A stretch of DNA of 64,000 bases, taken from contig CAYNFQ010000002.1 of NCBI GenBank assembly GCA_964396715.1, forward strand, positions 2,234 to 66,233. Direction: 5' to 3'. The DNA comes from an uncultured Gammaproteobacteria bacterium (GTDB lineage Bacteria > Patescibacteriota > Microgenomatia > Daviesbacterales > UBA10151). The notes under the pieces are model-generated. The model saw only the letters and a program-made list of their open reading frames with translations. It did not search any database and was not told the origin of the DNA. This document shows, one piece after another, positions 28,201-36,376 of the stretch. Within the stretch, counting starts at the first letter, position 1, and each line of letters opens with the position of its first letter. A program made the position numbers and the translations under genes.

Positions 28201-29448
28201 AATGATGTCAGACCTGTTAGGAATAATTTTATCAGTAACTATAAATCATCCAGAGAGATATTTGCTAATCCAACAGCCATGAGAGAAGCCAAAAAAGGCA
28301 GACAGCCTTTCATAAAGAATATTCTGGAAAGGTTAGACCGTTCCGGCAGGGGTCAATTTACGGCCCTGGATAGGGCAAAGATAGATGGGAAGCCTTTAGA
28401 TGGGAAGCCTTTAGATGGGAAGCCTTTAGATAAAGTACCGGACGAAAGATTAAAAGAGATTTTTGAAGATGCAATCACGGATTCTTTTGTATTCCATATT
28501 ACTGCCAGGCAATTAGCTCTCTGGGAGGCAACCTTGGAATCTTCTGTGGATGCTCAAGATAATATTGTTTACACAGATAAATTTTCCACTGGCCGGATTT
28601 ACTATGGTAGTCAGGATATCCCCTGGGGAGTTAAGAGACTGCAATATCTGCCGGAATACTGGATGACTAATAAAAGGGAAAGAATAGGCAGGGCATGGAA
28701 ACTTTTGCCATTTGTCCCTCTTTTGAAATCCGGTCTTGCCCAGGAATGTGACGCAGAAAATCTGCCGGATCTGATTCTTAATGTTAATAAAGAACATATT
28801 GATGAGCCGGGACTTAAACAAATAGCAGCAGGTTATAAAGATGCGCAGGGTTGGAGACAGCGGGGGGAGACATCAGTGGATGAACAAAGAGGGGAAACAA
28901 ATTGGGCCTGGTGGGATAAGCTGACAGTAGATGCAGCTCAGATTCTTAAAACTTTACCACAATTAGACTTTCCTCCACAATCTAAAAATGATGCTACAAA
29001 ATTAGGCATATTTGATTATATTATTGATGTACCTAACCCAGAAGAATTTATGAAGAATCATCCAATCCCGTTTGCTTCTAGAAAGGTGCTTGTTGATACA
29101 GCTAGGGAAATACTTAAAAGAGAAGCACCATTAAATGTTTTCCTGGAGGCTCAACTGGGTTATAACCGGAGCGCAGGAGGTTCCGGAATAGGCCTTGAAA
29201 TGGGTGAGAGATGGCATTACAGGATATTAAACTGGTGGTTATCAGAAGTACCAGGTGATATAGATAATAAAAGAGGCACGGAAGGAGGATTAGAAGTTAA
29301 CAGTGATGCTGCAATATTCCTAAAGTTTATTACTATCAAAAATAGCTGGTCAGCAGGTGTATCTATTTTAGACGAGGCATGGAGGCAGGCGCGGGGTACT
29401 CGTGATGCCGGTGCTTCTGATAAATTGCCGCAGGAAATTATTACTTAA
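25273..29448 (+). CDS. Large hypothetical helical/coiled-coil protein (1391 aa)
   Basis: Long open frame; charged and helical; no recognisable catalytic motif. Confidence 0.85.
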   Translation: MAERLSMAEATSGPGPEATPPVGEGQAVPQSSGELSPQRPWHISKEFDPKRTDYTSREEGNWNIFVDPKTNKEVARAIKMSGGADKEDGEYYDGSQEKPKEWWPFTEDEWKNLDIKDRIVEAAVLAMRHYYDMDNVDRAAKEKEFSMAYQDFSEYALGKKLYDGKDTRVIALELELVSFDKTEIEKYKADPEKQGQIEEALNNLDALEHEQAGIQNAWKDYGITDQNKNDDQLRPPHVAQDEWKKYLEGKDEIKTRLEAAKQALVALTSQEFFNKREKIKIEVGDKVKELKEEMEKKEKEAKKEGVRVDAEQWEIDAYKLEKELERSLLQGTEVSSDPDKSDADVPVEEILRFIKEEGEKPVAEQYTTGLERAKKVLEWNFHEARKLGILEDLEERFEERYKELATAVFSKSRTDQGDTEIETRRGPRNLTIAEIKETLAREADERNPNSLSNTAESDTFWKYLVRDGLVPGDRVNHFKGIRKAFVDGTYDQIYDSLSNLYNRYRADELRGKLQQQLDRDVITQQQYDRRINEINNPRNIQRISGEWDVRKYERDIMAGLDNEERAEAGRLFYIDRYYLTLTGTTEAQIEQGVNNYLTSILEGAHVYDVQTIMQKMQYLSQAIMSKKDVLMQSGMSATDAQAALTRINILAENRGEFYVMNFSAQNLLMDEYFIPLYDKWGGVKGIEKLKESLDMNDGLIAPCMLLFLDKKNRLLFQPAGFKGQGMKNIWAQRTLRDKIKGQIAEELVNFQAKKANSTELMEQATWQDFLRMKFEKRWDKKDEQDNKIFFKPKEETDAAKKAYQAEYMRVKTAAKPEDLESLKRLREEYTKQKNRYDRLLDRAKSAVETTWQVFNIFGESARLGAPSIIMRNGDHISIEDATYFYKFVLLDAMKKSGDTPAMMRWRAYQWVKNHRQSEKNPVIKDGVTTYELVAGLEDTGITKGEYDEFLKAVKELRLNGYKAAFREYSFEEIISRNDVRPVRNNFISNYKSSREIFANPTAMREAKKGRQPFIKNILERLDRSGRGQFTALDRAKIDGKPLDGKPLDGKPLDKVPDERLKEIFEDAITDSFVFHITARQLALWEATLESSVDAQDNIVYTDKFSTGRIYYGSQDIPWGVKRLQYLPEYWMTNKRERIGRAWKLLPFVPLLKSGLAQECDAENLPDLILNVNKEHIDEPGLKQIAAGYKDAQGWRQRGETSVDEQRGETNWAWWDKLTVDAAQILKTLPQLDFPPQSKNDATKLGIFDYIIDVPNPEEFMKNHPIPFASRKVLVDTAREILKREAPLNVFLEAQLGYNRSAGGSGIGLEMGERWHYRILNWWLSEVPGDIDNKRGTEGGLEVNSDAAIFLKFITIKNSWSAGVSILDEAWRQARGTRDAGASDKLPQEIIT
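28382..28431 (+). repeat. 3 x 15-bp in-frame tandem repeat (DGKPL)
   Basis: TAGATGGGAAGCCTT x3 plus TAGAT. Confidence 0.95.
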
Positions 29449-31252
29449 TTAATCCTGGTCTTCTTGGCCACGAAAAACCACCTTTCCATCCAACGAAATT
29501 GCCCGCTTTATCAAGTACTTGAGTATGTTGAGGGTTCCAAATAGGTCCTGATGTTTCTCCAAAAAGCGCTTTATTCCATCCGCCTAATTGTCCGCCTACG
29601 GCGCCTCGTCCTTGAGCAAAATATCCCTGACCGCTTCTGATACCTCCGGAAATTTCCTGACCAAGCAACTGTCCTGCCTGGCCCATTTTCCCAATAGCGC
29701 TAACAACGATATCCGGAATTTTAGGTAATGCCACCAATGCCCCGAAAGCCAAAAGAATTTTAATAAACTCCAAATCCATGCCACCCAAAAGAGGAAAGGT
29801 TGTGTTGCCTACAATTTGTATTGGTTCCGCAGCCAAAGCAACAGGCATAAAATTGTTGCCTGCAGGACTTACTGCATCAGTAACAACTTTAAGCGGTCCA
29901 AAATCCTTCCCCAAAATAAATGCTATAAAATAAAAGACAGCCAAGACTGCGGGAAAGATTAAAATATTACCCAGCATATTTAATACCCAGTTAGTGGCAA
30001 TTCCTTGTCTGCCGGGCAGGGAAGCAGCCAGAAATTGAAAGGGAGCGCTGATTGTTAGGAAAATAATGGTCAGATAAGCGGTGATTAAACGCAGGAGCAG
30101 TTTGAGCATAGCGTATATTAGCGCAATCATAGCAATGAAACTTAATATAAATCCTAACCAAAATTGAGTAGTGGCAGCTACGATACCTCCGGCTACTGCG
30201 GTTATTAGCGGACCCAGCCACAGCCCCAAAGGGGGAGGAATAGCCGATGTTAAGGGACTGACAAATTGAGCGGCGATAAAGCCTGTAAAAAGCCTTAGCC
30301 ATCCCTGGACCTCTCCGCTTAGTTTATCAAATATAGCTATCACTGCATTTTCTGCTTTTTCTTGGGTAACTATGCTCACAAATTCACTAAAAATACTTAA
30401 AACACTATCGCCTGATATTTGCTGTACCAAGTTTGTTCTTTGCGGGTCATCTAATTTTCCTTGAGCTGCTGCAAAATAATAGCCGACTGCGTTAGTACCA
30501 ATAAAAGCAGTATCAGAAATAAATCCTGCCAAAAAGTAGGAAAAAGTAATTAAAATTAAACCAATAACTAACCCAGGTAGTGCTGCCTGGGCTGTGATGA
30601 CTGTCTGTGGGTTAATCCTTTGCCGAAACATCACCATCAGCCCGATTATGACAAAAATTATTATCATCACCAGATAAGAAATATTTCTGGAAACCTGCCA
30701 GAGGGATAAAATTGGACTTAAGACACTGGCCCCTGATCCACCTACTTGAGCCCGGGCCTCTTTTACAACTCCCAGGCCTTCTCCCAAAGATGCCAGGTAA
30801 TCTGCTGTTCTGATAGGAGGGTTTGCATAAAGTCCTGCTATAAGGCCTGTGGTGGTCCCTAAAAGCCCTCCTGAAAGATTAGCTGAGGAAAGCACCGGAA
30901 TGGACTGAATTGCTCCCTGGGCATTCTGGGTCAGCTGATAAGTTAGACAGGGTTGGCCGATTACTGATGAACCAATAGAAAGACAGGAAAAGGTATGGAA
31001 TATGTTATGCACCAGAAGGTCTGTGTATAAAGGGGAGGTGGGGGGGATGGTAGGTGGTAGTGAGTAGGTTGTAGGTTGTAGGGAAGAAGGAGAAGGAGTA
31101 GAAGTTTGGGCAAAAACAGGAGTGGTGAATAATGTCAAAATCAAAATGACAAATAACAAATGAATGACAAAGCCAAAATGACAAATAACAAATTTTTTGA
31201 AATTTAGATTTGATTTGACATTTGACATTTGAGCTTTGAGTTTTCCAACCAT
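29441..31252 (-). CDS. VirB6/TrbL-like polytopic membrane protein
   Basis: Signal peptide (TPVFAQ), LWQVSRNISY..GLMVMFR..ALPGLVIGLILITFSY and many TMs; in the T4SS-like cluster. Confidence 0.65.
   Translation of the reverse strand: MVGKLKAQMSNVKSNLNFKKFVICHFGFVIHLLFVILILTLFTTPVFAQTSTPSPSSLQPTTYSLPPTIPPTSPLYTDLLVHNIFHTFSCLSIGSSVIGQPCLTYQLTQNAQGAIQSIPVLSSANLSGGLLGTTTGLIAGLYANPPIRTADYLASLGEGLGVVKEARAQVGGSGASVLSPILSLWQVSRNISYLVMIIIFVIIGLMVMFRQRINPQTVITAQAALPGLVIGLILITFSYFLAGFISDTAFIGTNAVGYYFAAAQGKLDDPQRTNLVQQISGDSVLSIFSEFVSIVTQEKAENAVIAIFDKLSGEVQGWLRLFTGFIAAQFVSPLTSAIPPPLGLWLGPLITAVAGGIVAATTQFWLGFILSFIAMIALIYAMLKLLLRLITAYLTIIFLTISAPFQFLAASLPGRQGIATNWVLNMLGNILIFPAVLAVFYFIAFILGKDFGPLKVVTDAVSPAGNNFMPVALAAEPIQIVGNTTFPLLGGMDLEFIKILLAFGALVALPKIPDIVVSAIGKMGQAGQLLGQEISGGIRSGQGYFAQGRGAVGGQLGGWNKALFGETSGPIWNPQHTQVLDKAGNFVGWKGGFSWPRRPGLIK
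31130..31240. repeat. 7-bp-periodic hairpin (CAAAT/ATTTG type) overlapping signal-peptide codons
   Basis: aatgtcaaaatcaaaatgacaaat...atttgatttgacatttgacatttgagctttgag. Confidence 0.85.
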
Positions 31253-31295
31253 ACTTTAACATTAAAACAAAGTGGCTATCTTTGCAACTCTCTTG

Positions 31296-31676
31296 TTATA
31301 CAAATTCCAAATCTTTAATTCCCTGAAAATCTTTTTTATTTAAAGTGGCAAAAGAGGCTTTGTTAATGATGGCTGTGGCGGCAATAGCCGCATCTGCAAG
31401 ATCTAACCTAGAGATACTGTCTCTGGCAATTTCGCCTGCAAGTTTGGCTACTTCATATGTATAGGATAGAATCTTAAACAAGGAAATTGTATTTATCAGT
31501 TTTTTGTGACGTACTTCATCTTTAATGCTTTTCCCTTCATAAAGTTCTTGGATAGTGATTATAGAAATTGTCAGGTTTTTTTGTGGGTACTTATTGGCAA
31601 GCTTTCTTAAATGTGTTAGTTTATCATCCGGCTGACGTAAATGATCAATAATAATGCTGGTATCTACGATTACCAT
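31296..31676 (-). CDS. VapC PIN-domain toxin
   Basis: IVDTSIIIDHLR, ITIQELYEG and DAAIAATA..TLNKKDF motifs. Confidence 0.92.
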   Translation of the reverse strand: MVIVDTSIIIDHLRQPDDKLTHLRKLANKYPQKNLTISIITIQELYEGKSIKDEVRHKKLINTISLFKILSYTYEVAKLAGEIARDSISRLDLADAAIAATAIINKASFATLNKKDFQGIKDLEFV

Positions 31677-31975
31677 GCCTTTTTTCTTTCTCTGGATGCT
31701 TTAAGCTCAATTTTCCTTCTTCTTTTTTCTGTTTCAGGCCAGTCATCTCCTGCCCAGGCTCCTTGTGTGCTTTTCAGAATTTCAAGGAAAACTTCTCTCT
31801 TATTGCTTTTTTCTTCCTCAGTCACCACCTCATTTACCGGGTACATATGTATTCCGCCATTGCTGACGATCACATTTAAAAGTTGACCTGCAGAAATATT
31901 TAAATCATCCCTGATTTTTTTAGGAATGACAATCTGACCTTTTATGTTTGGGGTGACTATTGTGCCAATATTCAT
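31670..31975 (-). CDS. AbrB/MazE-type antitoxin
   Basis: KGQIVIPKKIRDDLNI motif. Confidence 0.9.
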   Translation of the reverse strand: MNIGTIVTPNIKGQIVIPKKIRDDLNISAGQLLNVIVSNGGIHMYPVNEVVTEEEKSNKREVFLEILKSTQGAWAGDDWPETEKRRRKIELKASRERKKAW

Positions 31976-32082
31976 AAGTCATTATGAATACAAGATTTTC
32001 TTATATTCATACTGGTAATATTTTACTACTTTCGTTAGAAAATAGCAAGCTTTGCTTATTACTTTTACCACAATTTGTCAAC

Positions 32083-32181
32083 CTATTGCGGCAAAATTTT
32101 AATGTTAAAGGTAGTTACATCTATTCCGGTAAAGGCTTTTATAAGTTGTAAAATCAGCCAGGCCAGGGCCATAAAGACCAT
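32083..32181 (-). pseudogene. Displaced 3' fragment of a pilin gene
   Basis: MVFMALAWLILQLIKAFTGIDVTTFNIKILPQ*; 32113-32181 matches 34030-34098 at 65/69 nt. Confidence 0.85.
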
Positions 32182-32187
32182 AGGCGG

Positions 32188-33960
32188 TTAGCGGCGGAAT
32201 GGGTTGGGGGCGTTTCGACTTTGCTCAGATCCTATAAACTCACAGCCCTGTATGGGAAAAGGTTTTGTAGTTTTGAGTGCACCATCTGTAAGCGTCACTA
32301 CCGCTTCGGTAAAGTCTAGTACCTCTCCTTCTACGAGATTGTAGCCCCCACGGCCTACTCCGATATCCCCCCTACCCTGTGATCCTAGAGACTGAATGAA
32401 AACCCATGTGGCTAGTGGAGGGAAAATGCTCTCTCGTGGCTCTCTCGTACGTCCTACGATACCTTTTCCTGGAACGAGTTCGCCGGTGTATGACCATGAT
32501 ATTCTTGATGATCTTTCGTCTCCACGATCGACTCTTTTGTATATTCCATTAAACTCTGCAGTGAACCTTAGGTAGTCGCCTCCCGTATATTGCGTTGATA
32601 CCTCACATATCATTATGCCTTTCTCGAACGACGCTTTGCCAGTGGTAGCAATCATGATAGTTTTCCACCAGATTTCTGGATTTTTAATACTCTGTCCGTC
32701 GACTGTGTATATCTCAACACCGGTTTTTTGGACAAAGTCGATATTTACTTCCCCTGTTTGATACCGGCCTCGGAAAATGGTATCTGGTGGGAATCGCCGT
32801 AGGTTTTCAGCTGATGAGCGGGTGCACCATTCTGTATTGTCCGCTGTCGGGTCGCAGTACTTACTAAGGCCAATCTTGACTACTGTATCTTCAAAAGGTG
32901 AAACTGTAAATTCCTCAGGACGATATTGGAAGGTAGGTTGAGGTTTTAGGCGCACTGCTACCTTGTGGGGTTGTGGAGTGTTATTTTCTAATGTAATAGG
33001 CCACCAATATTCTGCCTGATCCTCTCCCCGTATACCTACCTGTTTAATAGCTACTGCAAGTTTGGCTTCTACCCCCAAAACAGCCCCCTTATCCAAATCA
33101 TTCCTTATTCCCCCACAAGCCTTTATAGAATCTTCATTAGGCCCGCATCTTCTTTTATCAGCAGTTCTGACTAAATTATCAGGGCCGATTAATGTACCAT
33201 CTTTATTTGTTGGGCTGGCTTTGATCTGTCCCTGGGGAAACTTTATTCCATCAGCAGGCAGAAATTTCCCATCCTTTTTGGCATACCAATGAAGATGAAT
33301 ACCAGAGGTATCTCCTCCAGATGGTTTTTCACAAGAAGGATTGCCCAACCTTTCCCCCTGTTTCACTTCTTGACCAACGTTTACTAACATGTTGGCAAGA
33401 TGCATATAACCGGTTCTTAAGCCTTGGCCGTGATCTATCTCCACAAGGCTGTGATTTTTATCAGTGGGATCTTTTTCATTTCCCACAACAGCTATCTTTC
33501 CAGAGGCTGATGCTTCCACAAACCTATTTTCCACAGGTTTACCACCAGGACAAGCCACCACCTCTGGTTGAGCAAAATCCAAAGCAGCGCGTACCCCGTT
33601 GGTTGAACCATCCGAGTGAGGACCAGCACTTAAATACCACAAGCCACTGAAAGGATAATCAAAACTGATTTCGCTTCTTGATTCAGCTGACTGGGCAGAT
33701 ACATTTGGCTGTGAGGGGGGCTTGGCTTCAGGGCCACAGGCAGCAGCTAGCAGACTCAAAGATGTTACACCTACAGCGTAAAGTGTTTTGACAGGTCTTG
33801 GTAAGATTTTTAACCAAGCTCTATGTCCTGGTTTAGGATCAGCAAGAGGGAGATCAACAATTCTTGCAACAGAGGCTATTCTTGCTTGTTCAAGTAACAT
33901 TTTTCTTGCTTGACTACCTTGTTCAAGTCTTTGGAAGATATTAGGCCCAAATTCTTTCAT
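32188..33960 (-). CDS. M23 peptidase-domain putative lipoprotein with unknown C-terminal domain
   Basis: LLAAAC lipobox-like sequence; H..ALDFA, TGYMHL and GIHLHW M23 motifs. Confidence 0.75.
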   Translation of the reverse strand: MKEFGPNIFQRLEQGSQARKMLLEQARIASVARIVDLPLADPKPGHRAWLKILPRPVKTLYAVGVTSLSLLAAACGPEAKPPSQPNVSAQSAESRSEISFDYPFSGLWYLSAGPHSDGSTNGVRAALDFAQPEVVACPGGKPVENRFVEASASGKIAVVGNEKDPTDKNHSLVEIDHGQGLRTGYMHLANMLVNVGQEVKQGERLGNPSCEKPSGGDTSGIHLHWYAKKDGKFLPADGIKFPQGQIKASPTNKDGTLIGPDNLVRTADKRRCGPNEDSIKACGGIRNDLDKGAVLGVEAKLAVAIKQVGIRGEDQAEYWWPITLENNTPQPHKVAVRLKPQPTFQYRPEEFTVSPFEDTVVKIGLSKYCDPTADNTEWCTRSSAENLRRFPPDTIFRGRYQTGEVNIDFVQKTGVEIYTVDGQSIKNPEIWWKTIMIATTGKASFEKGIMICEVSTQYTGGDYLRFTAEFNGIYKRVDRGDERSSRISWSYTGELVPGKGIVGRTREPRESIFPPLATWVFIQSLGSQGRGDIGVGRGGYNLVEGEVLDFTEAVVTLTDGALKTTKPFPIQGCEFIGSEQSRNAPNPFRR

Positions 33961-33969
33961 AGTTAATCT

Positions 33970-34290
33970 TTAAGGTTGGCATATATTTTTTCCATTAGGA
34001 AGGACACACAAAGTTTTTATATCAAAAAAAGTTACATCTATTCCGGTAAAGGCTTTTATAAGTTGCAGTATCAGCCAGGCCAGGGCCATAAAAACCATTC
34101 CCAGAAGGGCCCAGGTGACTGTCTGGTGGGCTGCTGATACTGCCTTGGGTTCCCCTCCGGACATTAAATACTTAAAACCCGCCCAAATAAGCATAACCAA
34201 AAGGACAATAAATCCTAAGCCAACTATTACAGAAACCACGCTACTAAACACTTGTTCGATTTGTTCTAAGCCGGCTGGAGGTGGACCCAT
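33970..34290 (-). CDS. VirB2/TrbC-like pilin
   Basis: LIWAGFKYLMSGGEPKAVSAAHQTVTWALLG. Confidence 0.85.
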   Translation of the reverse strand: MGPPPAGLEQIEQVFSSVVSVIVGLGFIVLLVMLIWAGFKYLMSGGEPKAVSAAHQTVTWALLGMVFMALAWLILQLIKAFTGIDVTFFDIKTLCVLPNGKNICQP

Positions 34291-34332
34291 ACTTTTAACT
34301 TAGCATGAAGAAGGACTAAAGATCAAATAGTG

Positions 34333-34725
34333 CTAGGGGGTCGGGGTCTTGAATTCCGCTGGGGTCGGGATAGGTAACGTGGTGAGGTCGGTAAATCCTA
34401 AAATTTGTGCTCCCACTCTCGCCAAAGCAAAGGCCACAGCCAAAACAGCCAGGCCGATTAAGGCGTTAATAATCCTGTTTCGCGCCTTTCCAACAGCTTC
34501 CTTATCCCCGCCTGAGACAATCCACTCAAACGCCCCCCAAATCAGCATCACCAAAACTACCAGCAGGGCAACAGCAAAAGAAATAGAAACAATGTTGGTC
34601 ACAAAGTCGCCAATCTGTTTATAGCCTTGGGGAGGAGGACTGATGGTGATGTCTGCTGCTGCCAGAGCTTGAACAGGCTGAAGTAAAGAGGCAATTGATG
34701 CACCGATAAAGGTAATTTTTTTCAT
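34333..34725 (-). CDS. VirB2/TrbC-like pilin
   Basis: Signal MKKITF..ALA; LIWGAFEWIVSGGDKEAVGKARNRIINALIG (start inferred). Confidence 0.85.
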   Translation of the reverse strand: MKKITFIGASIASLLQPVQALAAADITISPPPQGYKQIGDFVTNIVSISFAVALLVVLVMLIWGAFEWIVSGGDKEAVGKARNRIINALIGLAVLAVAFALARVGAQILGFTDLTTLPIPTPAEFKTPTP

Positions 34726-34779
34726 TACTGACTTAACTATATCCAAATAATAACTGATTTGTCAAGAGGGGCAAAAATG

Positions 34780-35115
34780 TTACTGCTGCTGGTCGACAAA
34801 AAATGTGAATCCAGTAAATTGTCCCAAAACTTGGATTACCGCAAAAGCCACGGCAAAAAGCAGTATGCCGATGATGGCATTAATTATTTTTCTTTTGGCA
34901 GACTCCAGCTTTTCCTTATCCCCCTCAGATGTCAGCCAGTCCCATGCCCCCCAAAGCAGCATCAAGATTAAAACCACAGCTGCCAGAGAATAAATTAAGG
35001 CAATCAGGTTGTTTAAAAATTTAGAAATCCCCTCAGCCCCAAAACCAAATCTTTGAATTTCGGGAGGAGGACTAATAGTGCCAAAAGTATCTTTTATATC
35101 AGCAATAAGTTTCAT
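34780..35115 (-). CDS. VirB2/TrbC-like pilin
   Basis: LLWGAWDWLTSEGDKEKLESAKRKIINAIIG. Confidence 0.85.
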   Translation of the reverse strand: MKLIADIKDTFGTISPPPEIQRFGFGAEGISKFLNNLIALIYSLAAVVLILMLLWGAWDWLTSEGDKEKLESAKRKIINAIIGILLFAVAFAVIQVLGQFTGFTFFVDQQQ

Positions 35116-35546
35116 CCGATTATTTTTAAATCACTAATATTAAGTAGTCTTGCCAATAAAAACTGTAATATTAAAAATGCAAACATCAGTATTATAAACC
35201 CTACTATAGCATGGGTGATCATCTGTCTTGCCGAATCCATATCTTCTTTATTCCCTCCGGCCTTTAAAAACCTGAATGCTCCCAGCAGGAAATAAAGTAT
35301 TACCAAAAATGCGGCTACTTGAAATAAAGGCTTGACTAGCCTGGAGGTTCCACAACCTAAAGAGGTTATATCTCCAAAACCAAATTTAGAACCAATATCA
35401 ACCCCCTTTGCAGTTGTAGAGGCTGTATTTACCTCACTCTTGCATGGATCTTGTTCTTGGTCCGCGGCAAAGACAGGAGTAACAAGCAGTAGATAACTTG
35501 TAAGCAAAACTGTAAACTGTAAACTGTAAACTGTAACCTTTCTCAA
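35112..35546 (-). CDS. VirB2/TrbC-like pilin
   Basis: LLGAFRFLKAGGNKEDMDSARQMITHAIVG; TTG start at 35546 with GGAGG SD and TTGA overlap. Confidence 0.82.
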   Translation of the reverse strand: MRKVTVYSLQFTVLLTSYLLLVTPVFAADQEQDPCKSEVNTASTTAKGVDIGSKFGFGDITSLGCGTSRLVKPLFQVAAFLVILYFLLGAFRFLKAGGNKEDMDSARQMITHAIVGFIILMFAFLILQFLLARLLNISDLKIIG

Positions 35547-35851
35547 AATGGCGAGCCTCCTTTTGGTGGTAATATTTGAGCAGCAAAGGTGGCAATCAGG
35601 TAGGCTGTCAGTATCACCATCAGTCCGATTATGGCCCATTTAATTCTTTCTCTGGCTTTGGCCAGCTCTTCTTTTTTGCCTGAGGCTAAAATGTACTGGA
35701 ACGCCCCCCAAAGCAGCCAGTAAAAAGCCATAAAGATGGCAATATAAAAAGCAATATTTAAAAGACCGGATAAAACATCAGCCAGTTTAGCATTTTCGAA
35801 TTTAAAATTAAGGGCTTTTAAGCCGGAATCTTTTAGTAAATCGTTTAACAT
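35543..35851 (-). CDS. VirB2/TrbC-like pilin
   Basis: LLWGAFQYILASGKKEELAKARERIKWAIIG; ATG at 35851 preferred because the upstream extension is repeat sequence. Confidence 0.82.
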   Translation of the reverse strand: MLNDLLKDSGLKALNFKFENAKLADVLSGLLNIAFYIAIFMAFYWLLWGAFQYILASGKKEELAKARERIKWAIIGLMVILTAYLIATFAAQILPPKGGSPF

Positions 35852-35859
35852 AAGTTTAG

Positions 35860-35972
35860 TAATGCCAAAGCTCAAAGTCCAAATGTCAAATGAATTTCAA
35901 AGCCTAAATGACAAATTTTTTGTCTTTGGCATTTAGATTTGATTTGTCATTTGTAATTTGGATTTTGACATT
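35860..35972. repeat. 7-bp-periodic hairpin (CAAAT/ATTTG type) at the 3' end of a four-helix-bundle gene
   Basis: aatgccaaagctcaaagtccaaatgtcaaatg...atttgatttgtcatttgtaatttggattttgacatt. Confidence 0.88.
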
Positions 35973-35977
35973 TTACT

Positions 35978-36376
35978 TTACTTTCTGATAATTGCCGAAA
36001 AAATTAAAGTCAATTCCTGAGCTTCTTGCCAATGCTTCCTTGCTTCCGGTGCAAGGTTTGGTACAGCTTTTGCCACCATCCTGAGCCAATGTTTGGTTTC
36101 CTTGGCTTCTTTTTTACAAATGCCTATTTTATGTTTGAAGTCTTTTTTGCTTTCCGCCCCGTCTGCTTCGCAATAGTTAGCTCCTATACTGGTGCCTGAT
36201 CGGACTAGTTGGCTGATAACAGGCAGTGTTACGGGATTTTGCGGTATTTTTTTAGCAAACTCCAGAGTCTTTTCCCCAAACTTGGCAGTCCTTTCCTCAA
36301 GATCATATTTCTTTTTAGTATTTGGATTTTGACCTTCATTTGTAATTTGAAATTTGTAATTTGACATTGTCATCAT
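35978..36376 (-). CDS. Four helix bundle protein (TIGR02436 family)
   Basis: YDLEERTAKF, QLVRSGTSIGANYCEA and KKEAKETKHWL; N-terminus is encoded by the heptamer arm 36320-36368. Confidence 0.92.
   Translation of the reverse strand: MMTMSNYKFQITNEGQNPNTKKKYDLEERTAKFGEKTLEFAKKIPQNPVTLPVISQLVRSGTSIGANYCEADGAESKKDFKHKIGICKKEAKETKHWLRMVAKAVPNLAPEARKHWQEAQELTLIFSAIIRK

Noticed and set aside
35547-35639. Upstream extension of pilin ORF 35112-35639
   Set aside because: It overlaps the preceding pilin gene; TTG 35546 with an SD is more plausible
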